Assembly (NCBI GenBank): GCA_030390025.1
Contig: CM059438.1
Span: 68,450,001 to 68,514,000, forward strand
Direction: 5' to 3'
Origin: Squalus acanthias
Taxonomy: Eukaryota
Length of the DNA stretch: 64,000 nucleotides
Every line of letters starts with the position of its first letter. The stretch's first letter is position 1. Positions 1-11,156 of the stretch are shown here, one piece after another. The position numbers and the translations under genes were made by a program. A model generated the notes under the pieces. It was given only the letters and a program-made list of their open reading frames with translations. It was not told where the DNA came from and did not search any database.

Positions 1-186
1 TATTTATCCCTCAACGAACATCCCTAAAAAACAGATTATCTGGTCATTATCACATTGCTGTTTGTGGGAGCTTCCTGTGCACAAATTAGCTGTCACGTTT
101 CCTACATTACAACAGTGACAAAACTTCAAAACTACTTTATTGGCTGTAAAATCACTTTGGGACATCCTGAGGTCATGAAAGGCACT
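1..186 (+). mobile_element. Deu-domain SINE (SacSINE1/AmnSINE1-like), 3' half; tail resumes at 2397-2420 after a DNA transposon insertion
   Basis: Matches the intact copy at ~61027-61235. The tail 'gaaaggcact|atatcaatgcaagtcttt' is split by the 187-2396 element. Confidence 0.8.
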
Positions 187-2396
187 GGGCTGGATTTTGC
201 CAGTGTGGGCGGGCTGGGGCATGTCAGGTGGAAATCGTGTCAGGAGCCCAACTCCTAAGTGAAGTGTTTAAAAGTGGGATTTTCCCCTAATTGGGCAATT
301 GATTTCCTGCGTGTGGGAACCCCTGGCCCAATGAGTCTTTTCATACAGAAAGTCGCCTCCGATGACGCCATCAATGCTGCGGGACTTAAGGCCTGCAAGC
401 AGCCTTGCTTCTTCTGGAGACTGTCCCGACAAAGTCCACGATCAAGCAAAAGTGTGCGCCTCGGTTTGATGAGGCCTCCCTCCAAGCTCTGGTACATGGA
501 GCCAAATGTTCCATTCCTCAGGGAGAAAAAAGCCACCCCAGCAGGCTGTGTGGCTGCAAGTGGCCGAGGAGGTGAACTCCATTTCAATGTGCTGCAGAAC
601 CTGGCTGGAATGAGGAAGAGGTTTCATGACATTCTCCGCACAGGAAAAGTGAGTATGACTTTCCCATCACCCTCAATCTGATCCCCATTGCCTCTCCACA
701 CCAGCACTCTGCTTTGCCAACTTCTTCCTCCACATCCCACTTGACACTTACATCCCTGCACCCTTACCCATTCCCTCTCTCTCTATGGTCACATTCACTT
801 AACTATTCTACCATGCAGCCCTCACACTCCCTATCACTGTGACACAATGACAACAACAACTTACAACACACAGGGAGGGTCCTTTGTATTCTTCTAAGCA
901 TCTATGCTATGGATTCTCTACACTCACTCCTTCATTCTTACACAAACTCCACTTGTGTTCCTCATTGCAGGAAAAGAGAGCCCACAATAAGAGGGAAAGA
1001 GCCATGACAGGAGGAGGGCCACCCTCAGTATCCCAGCTCACCCCCTGAGCGGAAGCGGCCCTGGAAATCGCTGGGATCGAGGACAATACCCAAGTGGGGG
1101 ACGGACAGACGGGCGCATCACAGCAAGCTGGTGACAGAATAGTTTTCCATCTCTCTCATTGACATTGCATGAGTCACTGATATTGAATCTGATGCTCTAA
1201 CAGATTGACTTATGATCATCTGCACTATTCAATGTGCATGTAACCTTGACCTCACATCTCTAACTCTTTCCTTTACTCCCCCATAGGACCATCGAAAGCC
1301 CCCGTCACCACTGTCCAGGAGGAAGAGCCTGAGCTTCCAGACTCCTCAAAGGAAGCTGCAACCTCTGAGGGCGCAGCGTCAGCAGAATTCAGCGCACCCA
1401 GCACCAGCGCAGACACTCACACCTCGGTGGGACCTTCGCGAGATAGAGTTGTGTTGGCACCTGGTGTATCACAGCTCACAAGTGAGCATCAGCAGATGGT
1501 GGAGACAGGGTCAGCAGTGGAGAGTCCTCGTTGGAGGGCGCAGGACTCTGCCAGCTCGGCTCAGCTGCATGTCGACCCCGTGCCTCCGGGTCCATCCAGA
1601 AGGAGAGCGGTGCTGGAACTCCAGGAACAGGTGCAGGAGTCTCTGGCAGGTTTTGTCTCCAGAGTCGCTGCAAGTGTGGAGCGAAACCCGGGCAGCAATG
1701 TTGTCGCGTGCTGGCGCCTTCTGGCCCATGCAGCTTCAGGTGGGTGACAAGCAGCTTGGCGCTCCTGTTGATGCTCCTGTTGTTGGTGCTGCTGTTGTTC
1801 ATGGTTCTGCTGCTGCCGCGGCTGGTCTTTGTCCGAATCTGATGTCCTGGAGGAAAGGAATTAAATGGCCGCCATGCTTCTGGTATATGCCTCAGTTGAG
1901 GAAGCGCTCAGTCAAGGTGGGGAGAGGGGTTTCCCAGGAGGTCACACTGGAGATGGGTGTCAGGCTCCAAACTTCCACAACAATGAGCAGGCCTGCTAAA
2001 AGTTCGCCCAGACCTGAGACAACAAAGTTCTGCCACCTGCAAATGATCATCAGTGAAAACTCCTTTGTAATGGTGGAGCTGCAGCTGTTAGTAAGCAATC
2101 CAATTGTGAGGCCGCCAGGATTACCTGGCGTGTTCCAGAGGAGGCGTGTAGGATGGGGGAAATGTCTAAAAATTGGAAAGGCCTCTCAAAATGGGATAAT
2201 AGAGGCAATTAAGTGGTTGTTAAGGGCCTATCGCGCCTCTTGGAGGCGGGATGGAAAGGGGGTCAGAAAACACGCATTTGGGAAAATTGCTCGGAGGCGG
2301 GATGGAGGCGGGATCGGGCCGGCCCGGCATTTTTTGCGATTTTACCACCTCGCACGCCTCCAAACCCGCCTCCTCGTGCTTGGCAAAATCGAGCCC
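187..2396 (+). mobile_element. Internally deleted PIF/Harbinger-type DNA transposon
   Basis: TIRs gggctggattttgcca (187-202) / tggcaaaatcgagccc (2381-2396) and 3-bp TSD ACT (184-186, 2397-2399). Carries a Myb/SANT gene remnant on + and a Gln/His-rich segment on - that may be the transposase N-terminus. Confidence 0.85.
450..1747 (+). pseudogene. Spliced Harbinger Myb/SANT-like DNA-binding protein remnant (exons ~450-648, 971-1130, 1287-~1700)
   Basis: Frameshifted exon 1 ends ...RKRFHDILRTGK|GTGAGT (649). Exon 2 follows ttgcag (970) and reads EKRAHNKRERAMTGGGPP, typical of this protein class, with a TGA at 1046-1048. Exon 3 follows cccatag (1286) and joins the 1427-1747 ORF. Splice phases (0, then 1) are compatible. 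Confidence 0.75.
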
Positions 2397-3299
2397 ACTA
2401 TATCAATGCAAGTCTTTTTTGCGTTCTTTATACCTTAAGCAACATAGTGATGGGTAGGCCAACATTGTAGTCTAAGGGTTCAGTTTTTTATCTGTGAACT
2501 GCTGGTGATGTTTGTGATGTGTGCTTGCCATTTGATGAGGAACGTCAAATAATTATTTGGCTGAATACTGTTTGAAAGGGCACGGTTAGTCTGCAGGCGA
2601 AGCTTTGAATTGTTTGTGCTGCCGTATGGCCGACACTGCTCTATGGGTCAAAAGTACCAGAACTTTGATGCGGGTCAGGCCTCAGCTATCAGCGTGTGCA
2701 TTCACAGCTCCCATGTAAACTGGAAGGTTGTATCCTGCCCTAGACGTGGGGCAGCAGTAATAAACTCCAAAGTGCACATTTGTTCTTGGTTTTAGCACAT
2801 CAACCTCTCTTCATTTAACTTTGCTTTGGCATTAATGTGCTAAAACTCATTAATACACACCTCTTCTAATTTTCATCTCTTTAATGGAATACGCCCGATT
2901 TAATTACCACCATCAATCCCCTGCACAGTAAAAAGCAGGTTTTAGTATTGTTTCATTGCCTTGCTGTTCGTTTATTGTTGCCTGCCTACACTTCATTGGA
3001 TGGTCACCGAAAATTGATGTGATTTTTTTTCTCCTCACCCACTGGGTTCTTTGCTGACAGCTCGAATCCAGTGCAGGTCTCATTACCTCAGGTTGCCTCC
3101 AGCTAAAATAATTTGTTCGATGAAAAATATTCATATTTCTACTTGTATCGGTGTTGGTATTGAATCGTTTAAAATTTCACAAGGTAACTTAATGATGCTT
3201 TGGATAGTACTGGAGGTCTGGCACTGAATAAAGCAAGAGTTGGGATTGGAAAGCTCCTATTCCCTCCCCCGGATTTGAACACTTGTTCGATCGGCTCCA

Positions 3300-3670
3300 A
3301 GATTAGGCACTTAATGCTGTGCTGATTAACACCATTCAAAGGGACCCGGAATGAATATGTGGTTTGGAACAGGACTGAGGGCTGTAAGGATAAATACAGA
3401 CAGAGATAATTGAATGTGTGGTGAATGATGGGTCCTGAATTGCGGAGGAAGAAACTGGCCAGGAATTTATAATTTCTGTAAAACGCAAGGTTCAATAGAT
3501 AGTCTGGAATTTTGCTGGATTTACCTTTAAGGGGCAGCGGGAAACTTTGCAGAACCTTTCCGAGGCAGGTTAAGTGGATTGCGCAGAGCCTAGAAGAGAG
3601 CACGTTGCACCTGTTATGGGCAAGGACCAGCTTTGGGGAAGGGGGCTGAATGACTTTTCCCATTCTGTCA
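3300..3670 (+). mobile_element. Old degraded CR1-type LINE 3' end
   Basis: Weak resemblance to the CR1 3' UTRs elsewhere in the window ('gggctgaatgacttttcccattctg'). Confidence 0.4.
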
Positions 3671-3698
3671 TGTCTCTTGTATAAAATTCAGACATAAT

Positions 3699-4574
3699 GG
3701 GGGAACTTTAACCTAGGAAAACAGGTGGGTTGGGGACGTGGGGTTAGTTAGAGTGTTAAAAATCGGAATCCCGACCTGAACCCGCCTCCAACCCGCCCAC
3801 TTCCGGTTTTAACGGAGGCGGGATGGGGAGCGGGTCGTCTATTTAAATATTATAATAAGGCTGGAAGCCTCTTCTTTAAATTCCATTTTGTCTTTAACTT
3901 TAGCTGGTTGGGTTTTGTACACCTCGTGAAGCCCGCCAGCAAATGCAAGGCGAGGACTGCTGGATCCAGGAGGGAAGTGCCTTTACACTTACCTCCTGGA
4001 TCCATGGTTGCTACCTAACCCACCCCCCGCGATCGGAGACCACCGACGAGGCATCCGATCACACCCGCAGGCCTCCCCCACCCACCCAAAGCCTTCGATC
4101 AGCCCTCAAGGCCTCTTCCCGCGCAGCCCCCACCCTGCTCCTCCGGCCCCTGATCCTCTTCGGAACCCCACATCCTCCTCCGGCCCCCCACCCGATCTTA
4201 TTCCCAGCCCACCCCACTCGATCTTATTCCCAGCCTGGCCTCCTCGAGCTTCTTCCCGGGCACCCGCCCCGCCCCACCCTGATCTTCGTGCCGTTCCCAG
4301 CGCCCCCCCCACCCAACCCCGTGATCTTTTTCCCAGCCCCTCCCCCCCCCCAATCTTCCTGCCGCTCCCGGCCCCCACGCGATCCTTCCCTCCTCTGTGT
4401 GGCCCAGTGGTAGCCAGCCTCTCAATCTGGCTGGCTGCGGGTGGGAAACAGTGGCTTCCCATTAAAATCAGGTCCTACCGTTAAAGTCAGCAGGGCCTGT
4501 GGGAAACCCGTTCCCCTGGATTTCCTGACCCCCTCTCAGAACCACCCCCCCCACCCCACATTAAAATTCAGCCC
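3699..4574. mobile_element. Harbinger-type MITE with internal C-rich 'ccgatc' degenerate tandem array
   Basis: Imperfect TIRs gggggaactttaa / ttaaaattcagccc and TSD AAT (3696-3698, 4575-4577). The Pro-rich ORFs at 3943-4484 arise from the array. Confidence 0.7.
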
Positions 4575-5979
4575 AATGTCATCTGATGAGGTACAGCGTG
4601 CATGTGCTTTTTCTGATTAAATTTTCCTTATTTTTCTGAACTCCCATAATCCCAAAATACTCCAATTATGGAGTGCCATTGCCACTATTGATAACCTCTC
4701 TGACTCTACATCTGAGTCAGTAGATTATCTTCTTATACGCCTGTATGTTATGCTCCCGCATTTGTCTGGGCTAGGGATAATTGCATCTCACTGAGACTGT
4801 CTTGAACTACAACAGTTTGATCTTGTTGCTTCATAGGTTTCTCCCTCTCAGTGATTCACAACTCCTTCAAAAATTAAGATAAATAGCAAATATTTAAGGA
4901 GGAAGGTTAGACCCATGTGCACAGGTGGTTTCAACATTATGGAAGTGTTTGGAAAGCCAGAGAGCATCTCGGACATCGGATTGAAATGGTTTGATGCTGA
5001 TTTGAAGCAAGTTGTGACGTTTAGGAATGAAAGATTACCTAATGGATCTTACCATGCTCGAAGGCCTCCATTTCAGATTAACAGATGAGAGGATTAAGGA
5101 CAAATCTAGCTCTGGAAGAATGTAGTTTTAGAGACTGAGGAGAAAGGCAACTATGTTGGGTTGTAGTTAAAAAAAAACATTATTGAAGCCTTGTCATCGT
5201 GAGGAAATCTCTGGACCAGGAAAAGTTTCAAGTTTTCATTCTTCTGTGTCTTATATATGCAGCTAGCACTGTCATTGTTTGACGGAGGAACACTGCTTGC
5301 ACACTGGCAGCACTCACCTGAGTCGTACGGTTACCCTCTGTGACCTGGTCTGGGTTATACCCTGGGTGTTCTCCTTGACTCGAGAGTCTGGTAGCCCAGT
5401 CTCAGGCGCTGAGTTCCATGAAGGCATCCATGGGGGCTGGAGAGAGCGCAAATTTGAATTGCCATCTGATCCAGCAGGCTGTATCAAGGACCCATCTGCA
5501 AGAGTGCTGAAAAAGCCACTGGAGGGTGCTGCTGAAAATGTCCTGAATATCCTGAATCAGTTTGATGGTTCCCTACTGCATCGCCCAGCTGATGGTAGGG
5601 CAGCAGATGTGGATGGTATTCATGTTAAATTCCCCAAAGCTGCTTAAGGTGCGGCCATGTAGAGCAGTCCCAAGAGCCTCTGACTCAACTCAGCTGCCCA
5701 TTCCAGGCTGTTAATTTAAATTGGATTCCATTTGAGGGAAACATATTCTCAGTGTTCCAGAAGCAGTTGTGGTTTCTATCCACAAGGAAGAGCATGCTAG
5801 TAAGCCTGAAATCAACCAGGGAATCTCGATGATAACCGTGGCTCTTAAGGTCGTTCTTCAGGTTGTCACAACCTGCATAGCAGGTTCTTTGGAGGCTGTC
5901 GAAGTAATCAGAAAGCAACAGACTAGATTTTGGTCTCATGAGGAATGTGTAGGGCAAGTTATTGCTTCGTGCAAGATCC

Positions 5980-6240
5980 CAGAGAGTTGTAAGACTGAGG
6001 GAAAATATATATGGTTTTCAAAAGACGTTTGACCTAGTGCCTCAGGATGGGAATGCGTAGCTAAATCTTGGATTTTATCCAGATGTGTAGTCCAGATATT
6101 AAGATCTGCATAAACGCACAGGAGAGACTCACTGAGCCTATATCTTTGGAAAGAGGACTGAGGCAAGGTGGGCCATTGGTACCTATGCTATCGGCTGCCT
6201 TTACTGATATGTTGATGGCATTGTTAAGAACTGCCTTGAT
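5980..6240 (+). pseudogene. Highly degraded non-LTR retrotransposon reverse transcriptase remnant
   Basis: Frames give FQKTFDLVP (like DFxKAFDxV) and ISLERGLRQGGPLVPML (like GxRQGxPLSP). Confidence 0.55.
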
Positions 6241-7379
6241 GTATTTGTTCCACCCATTTCTGAAAGTATTGTGCCACTCCTTATTGCCACTGATGTGTTG
6301 TTGGCAGATTTACCTGTTGGTCAGGTTCTCTCGAGCAATGGGCTAACCAGTACTCTCCTACTCGAGCAGGGCAGCAGCTGATGACAACGGTTGAAATGAG
6401 AAAATGCATTTGTGGCTGCCAACTGGTATTAAACTGAGAATTTGGTAGATCGAAGCTTTGTCATGTTAACTCTCATTGCCTATGAATATCCTGGATTTCA
6501 GGGTTGGTGGGAGGAGACAGTGGTATTGACGGCCTTGCACGTGAGTGAGAAAAAGCAAAAATGCTCTCAGAATGAAGTATTCTTTTGGTGCAGCGCACCT
6601 GGCAGTCAGTCAAATGAATGCCTTTACACAGCATTGCTGGAACTAAGAGGCCAAGTCTCTTGAGTCTTGACAGGCCTCTTTGAAAAGGTATATTTTAGGA
6701 TGATAAAAGAAAACTGATATTTGAACACCCGTCAAATAAGAAAAAACACAAAGTTTTTTTTTCCTTTCTGAAGAAGTTAAGTCCTGTTTCTGTGGGGGAA
6801 ATCTTTTGACTGGTACTGTAACCCTGTGAGCGGAAATACTTGCAGGAAAGACTTTTTATTAGCATTCTGAGCTGTTCTGTCAAACCTGGTGACACATTGT
6901 AGAGGACTTGCCATCACCAGCACACTAACATTTCTTGATGCTGTCACATTGCTTAATGGATATTTCAGAATGGCCTGATTCAGTAAAATACAGGTTCAAA
7001 CCTGTCAGGGGTATTGATTAAAAAATAAAAACAAATAATGTAAATGTCAAATAAAATTACCACAGATGCCGTGTTATATTTTGATATTCGTCTTTCATGT
7101 CCTTTTACCTAAATAACCTTCAAAGTCAACTCAAAGATCCATCTGGTTGTGCACACCATTGTCAGTTCTGAAGGCTGTGTTAGCTTTTATTTTGCACTTT
7201 AAAAGCCATTTCATTCTTTAGACTTATGAGGAAATTTGTAATTCTTCATAAGACATATGCCAGCAGCTTCTGGGGAAATCATAGAGCAGAACTGAATGAG
7301 GTAAACTTCCATAATGTTGCAGACATTGCCAAATGGTTTTGAGAATTTCCCCCCCAAACTTCAATATAATTGATTAAAA

Positions 7380-7698
7380 ATACACTTGATTTATATCGTG
7401 CCTCTCACGACCTCAGGACATCCCGACGTGATTTACACCTAATTAAGTACTTTTTAAAGTGTAGTCGCTGTTGTAATGTTGGAAACACAGCAGTCAATAT
7501 CCACACAGCAAGGTCCCACAAACAACAATGAAATAATGATCAGGTAATCTGTTTTAGTGCAGGCCAGGGTACTAGGAAAACGCCTCTGCTCTTCTTCAAA
7601 AAGTACCATGGGATCTTTGTCATCAACCTGAGAGGGCAGGTTTAACATCTCATTCAAAAGACGTCACCTCTGACAGTACAGAACTCCCTCAGTACATT
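7380..7698 (-). mobile_element. Deu-domain SINE, interrupted at 7699 by a MITE
   Basis: Reverse-complement similarity to 60850-61235. Confidence 0.7.
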
Positions 7699-8561
7699 GG
7701 GCCAGAATTTGTGTTGAGTATGACTGTGTACCGTGATACCGCCTCTGTAAATGGACCGCAAGTTTGGGATTTCCGCATGCGCCAAACCCCGAACTTGCGA
7801 TCTGTCAAGTTACAACTTGACAGATCATCTGCTCCGCTTTGCAAATCCCAATTGCTGGCGCAGAGTTGGACTAATTGCCCATCAACTGCCCAACAATTAC
7901 GTATGAAAATTTTACGGCTGATGCAAACAGGTGCAGGGCCTGTTTGCATCAGAGCAAGGGGATACCTCAAAAGATCCAAAGCATCGTTTGCCATGTATTT
8001 AGCTTATTTATCTCCCATAAAAGTGAAATTGTTCATTTGTTTTGTTTACGCATTTTATTGAAATCTTGATATTGATGCTTGGTGCTGTCATTTCACCAGT
8101 TTTTTTGAGTGAGGCAATCAGAATTCAACCGATACTAAATCCTTAATAAAGAACAAAATGTTAAACCTAACTATATATTTATATCTTATTTCCTGACATT
8201 TAAGCTTTTAAAGTCACCGTACGGTGCTGTTGTCATTGACTGTGCCCATTCTGTGAGTGGATTCAGCGGGTCAGGTTCCAGTCTGCACCCTCTTTTCTCC
8301 TCTCTCACCTTATTCTGTAACTTTATTCCCCTGTGTACCAGTTATCCTATCCCATTGAACAATTAACTGTAAAAGCCTGATGCTGGTTCCCACATATCTG
8401 TCAAGAGGAAATTCAGCACTTCCACTGATTGGAGCACCAAGCCCACGTGATCCCAGGTACACTTCTGCATACTCTGTGCCATGGGATCCGTGGGCCATTA
8501 CGCTGCCCTCGAGTATGCAGCATCAAAGAGCAAGTTTGCCGCCGAACGCAAAATCTGCCCC
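7699..8561. mobile_element. Harbinger-type MITE
   Basis: TIRs gggccagaatttgtgttgag vs reverse complement ggggcagattttgcgttcgg (15/20). TSD ATT at 7696-7698 and 8562-8564. Confidence 0.6.
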
Positions 8562-8937
8562 ATTATATGCTTGAGTACTGCTGTTTATGGTTTTAATAGG
8601 TCCTGTGCAAATGGTTTCCTTGGTGACCTGGAAGTTCAGCACCCGACTATTTCTGATCTGGTTCTCATAGTTCTTGAAAAGGGGTTTTTTGGTTCTTGAA
8701 GCCAATATAAACACAGCATTCAAAACATTGAAATAAACAAAGAAATTGCACGGCAAATCTGTTGGCCCCTGAAAAGAGAAAACACAGAGAAGAGAGATCG
8801 CCAGCCAGATTCAGAACACTCCTAAATACAGAGCTACCTACTTGTATAATGATGTGGAGATGCCGGTGTTGGACTGGGGTGAACAAATGTGAGAAGTCGC
8901 ACAACACCAGGTTATAGTCCAACAGCTTTATTTGAAA

Positions 8938-8974
8938 TCACAAGCTTTCGGAGCGCTGCTCCTTCGTCAGGTGA
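8938..8974 (-). ncRNA. Minimal type I hammerhead ribozyme
   Basis: Reverse complement reads UCAC-CUGACGA-A-GGAGC agc GCUCC-GAA-AGCU-U-GUGA: intact core, stems I and II, palindromic stem III. Confidence 0.8.
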
Positions 8975-9261
8975 AGTGAAGAAATACATATAGGCACAGC
9001 ACATATAGTCAGAGAACACAGCCAGATGATTACAGTTAATCTTTCCAACTGCCCTTTATCACACCTCGGCAGAGAGATAATCACGGCATCAAAGGTGTGG
9101 ATGGTGTCCTGTCACTGACCTGTTTGGACACCATCCACACCTTTGATTGCCGTGATTATCTCTCTGCCGAGGTGTGATAAAGGGCAGTTGGAAAGATTAA
9201 CTGTAATCATCTGGCTGTGTTCTCTGACTATATATGCTGTGCCTATATGCATCTCTTCACT

Positions 9262-9298
9262 TCACCTGACGAAGGAGCAGCGCTCCGAAAGCTTGTGA
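9262..9298 (+). ncRNA. Minimal type I hammerhead ribozyme
   Basis: TCAC CTGACGA A GGAGC AGC GCTCC GAA AGCT T GTGA. Predicted cleavage after 9294 (CUU). AATAAA follows at 9304-9309. Confidence 0.8.
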
Positions 9299-9544
9299 TT
9301 TCAAATAAAGCTGTTGGACTATAACCTGGTGTTGTGCGACTTCTCATACTTGTATAATGGGGCAGACTTTCCTCTTTAGCAATTGGGCGTAAAATATCGA
9401 ATGGCAAGAGCACATGAAGGAAAATCGGGGAAGGACAATGGAAAATCAGGCAGGCGCATGTTGTATTTTCCTTTATGCTCCCCATCCATGTGATGTTTTA
9501 TATTCAAGGCTAAAGATTAAAAGTGTACCACAGTGTGACTTTAT

Positions 9545-9939
9545 TTTTATTTGTTCATGGAAAGTGGGCGTCGCTGGCAAGGCCAGCATTTATTGCCCAT
9601 CCCTAATTGCCCTTAAGAAGCTGGTGGTGAGCCGCCTTCTTGAACCGCAGAGAGCAGTTAAGAGTCAACCACATTGCTGTGTGCCGTGTGTCTGGAGTCA
9701 CATACAGGCCAGAGATAGCAGATTTCCTTCCCTAAAAGACATTAGTGAACCAGATGGGTTTATTATGACAATCTGGCAGTTTCATGGATATTAGTTTTTT
9801 TTTAGTCTAGATTTATTGAATTGAATTGAATTTAAATTCCCCAACTGCTGTGGTGGGGTTTGAACTCATGTCTCTCAGATCATTAGTCCAGGCCTCTGGA
9901 GTACTAGTCCAGTAACATAACCACTATGCTACCGTACCC
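9545..9939 (-). mobile_element. tRNA-headed SINE sharing its 3' tail with the LINE family at 32600-33055
   Basis: Minus-strand A-box (tagcatagtgg) and B-box (gagttcaaacc). Tail is the reverse complement of gggcaattagggatgggcaataaatgctggccttgccagcgacgcccac. Confidence 0.7.
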
Positions 9940-11156
9940 AGTGATTAGAATGCCCTTGTTAAGAAATCACTGGACAATATAAATTCCTTTCAGACCACCG
10001 AGAATGGGTAGAACCAATTCCTTTTGATAAAATGGTCACATTTAGTTTTTCATTCCCCTGTATGGAAGAAGCACTGACAAATTTATGTGCACAGTTTCAT
10101 GATATCTACCAGTTTATTTTGAGAACAAATGTCAGTACAGATATGTCACATTTGTGTGAAAGTGAAACTATACTTGTTTATATTTTTTATATCAACCCTT
10201 GTACTTGAGAAAGAACTGCAGCTTCGGGATTTTAATCACATTTGCCACACAACTGATTTCTTGCCTGAAGTCCTTTCATTTACCCTGTTGCAGTCTCTTG
10301 TCATCAAGCAACTTCCTCAATACAACAGAGCAAAGTGGCTGACTACATCAGGACTAATGTCACTGCCATCTTATAACTATGCTTGCAATCAGGAGGGAAG
10401 GAAATATCCTGTGGTGCCTCCTTCATGCTGCAGCACTTTATTTTTGGCCTTTTCACTAACTGTTCAAAAACTGCTCAAGCCCATCTTACTTGCAGCAACC
10501 ACATCCAAGTGAAAACTATGTGATTCTGTCCTGAAAGATCTAGTCATTTGTGGATTGCCGTATTACTTATGCAACCAGCTTTCCATGAGAATTGGCTTTA
10601 GTATTTCATTTGGAGTGAGTGCCCTTGATTTAAATGGTTTCTCTGCAGCTCTGAAGGTGACAGTCAGCTGACCTAGCAACTTCTGCTGACATCGCCTTCT
10701 TGAAAATTATGAGATTTTATTTATCTGTTTGAAATTGTAATATGACCTGTTTCAAATGATTGTTTCCTTACAGTCAGCTGTGGATGAAGTGGTATCAGAT
10801 CATTTCACTGAATCCCAATGTGCCGAGTCACTTCACCGTGATTCCCGTTAGATACCATTCTTCAACCAACCATAACTGTAATATACGTGGGTAGAACAAA
10901 TGAAGGACAGAGACACCAGTTGCTAGTTCATGAGCTTGCTTTACTAGGCCAGCGTGAACTGAGCATGCTCATACTAAACCATGTGACAAACCACGTGATA
11001 ATACATTACACTGCTTTCCCCTTAAAAAAAATTTACATATTCTCCTCTCAAGTACAACAAAACTATGGTTCCACCTTTCCCAGCATTACATGTACCACAT
11101 AACAAAAACTCCTGGCTTTTTTTTCTTTCAAATTAACTACAAATGCTACAAATGAA

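Larger units (their letters stand above)
8852..9346 (-). mobile_element. Penelope-like element remnant: inverted pseudo-LTR pair forming a ~220-bp-arm palindrome plus 3' tail
   Basis: Arms 8890-9109 / 9126-9346 with about 4 differences and a 16-nt loop. Unpaired ~38-nt tail at 8852-8889. 13-bp TSD tacttgtataatg (8839-8851, 9347-9359). Confidence 0.85.

Noticed and set aside
1449..2438. 329-aa ORF as a host gene
   Set aside because: It lies inside the Harbinger derivative, crosses the TIR, and has no recognisable domain.
3943..4484. Pro-rich and Gly-rich ORFs
   Set aside because: They are products of a C-rich degenerate tandem array inside a MITE.
8890..9346. Palindrome as a MITE or pre-miRNA gene
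   Set aside because: The asymmetric tail, 13-bp TSD and hammerhead plus AATAAA fit a Penelope pLTR inversion. The arms are too long and perfect for a typical miRNA.
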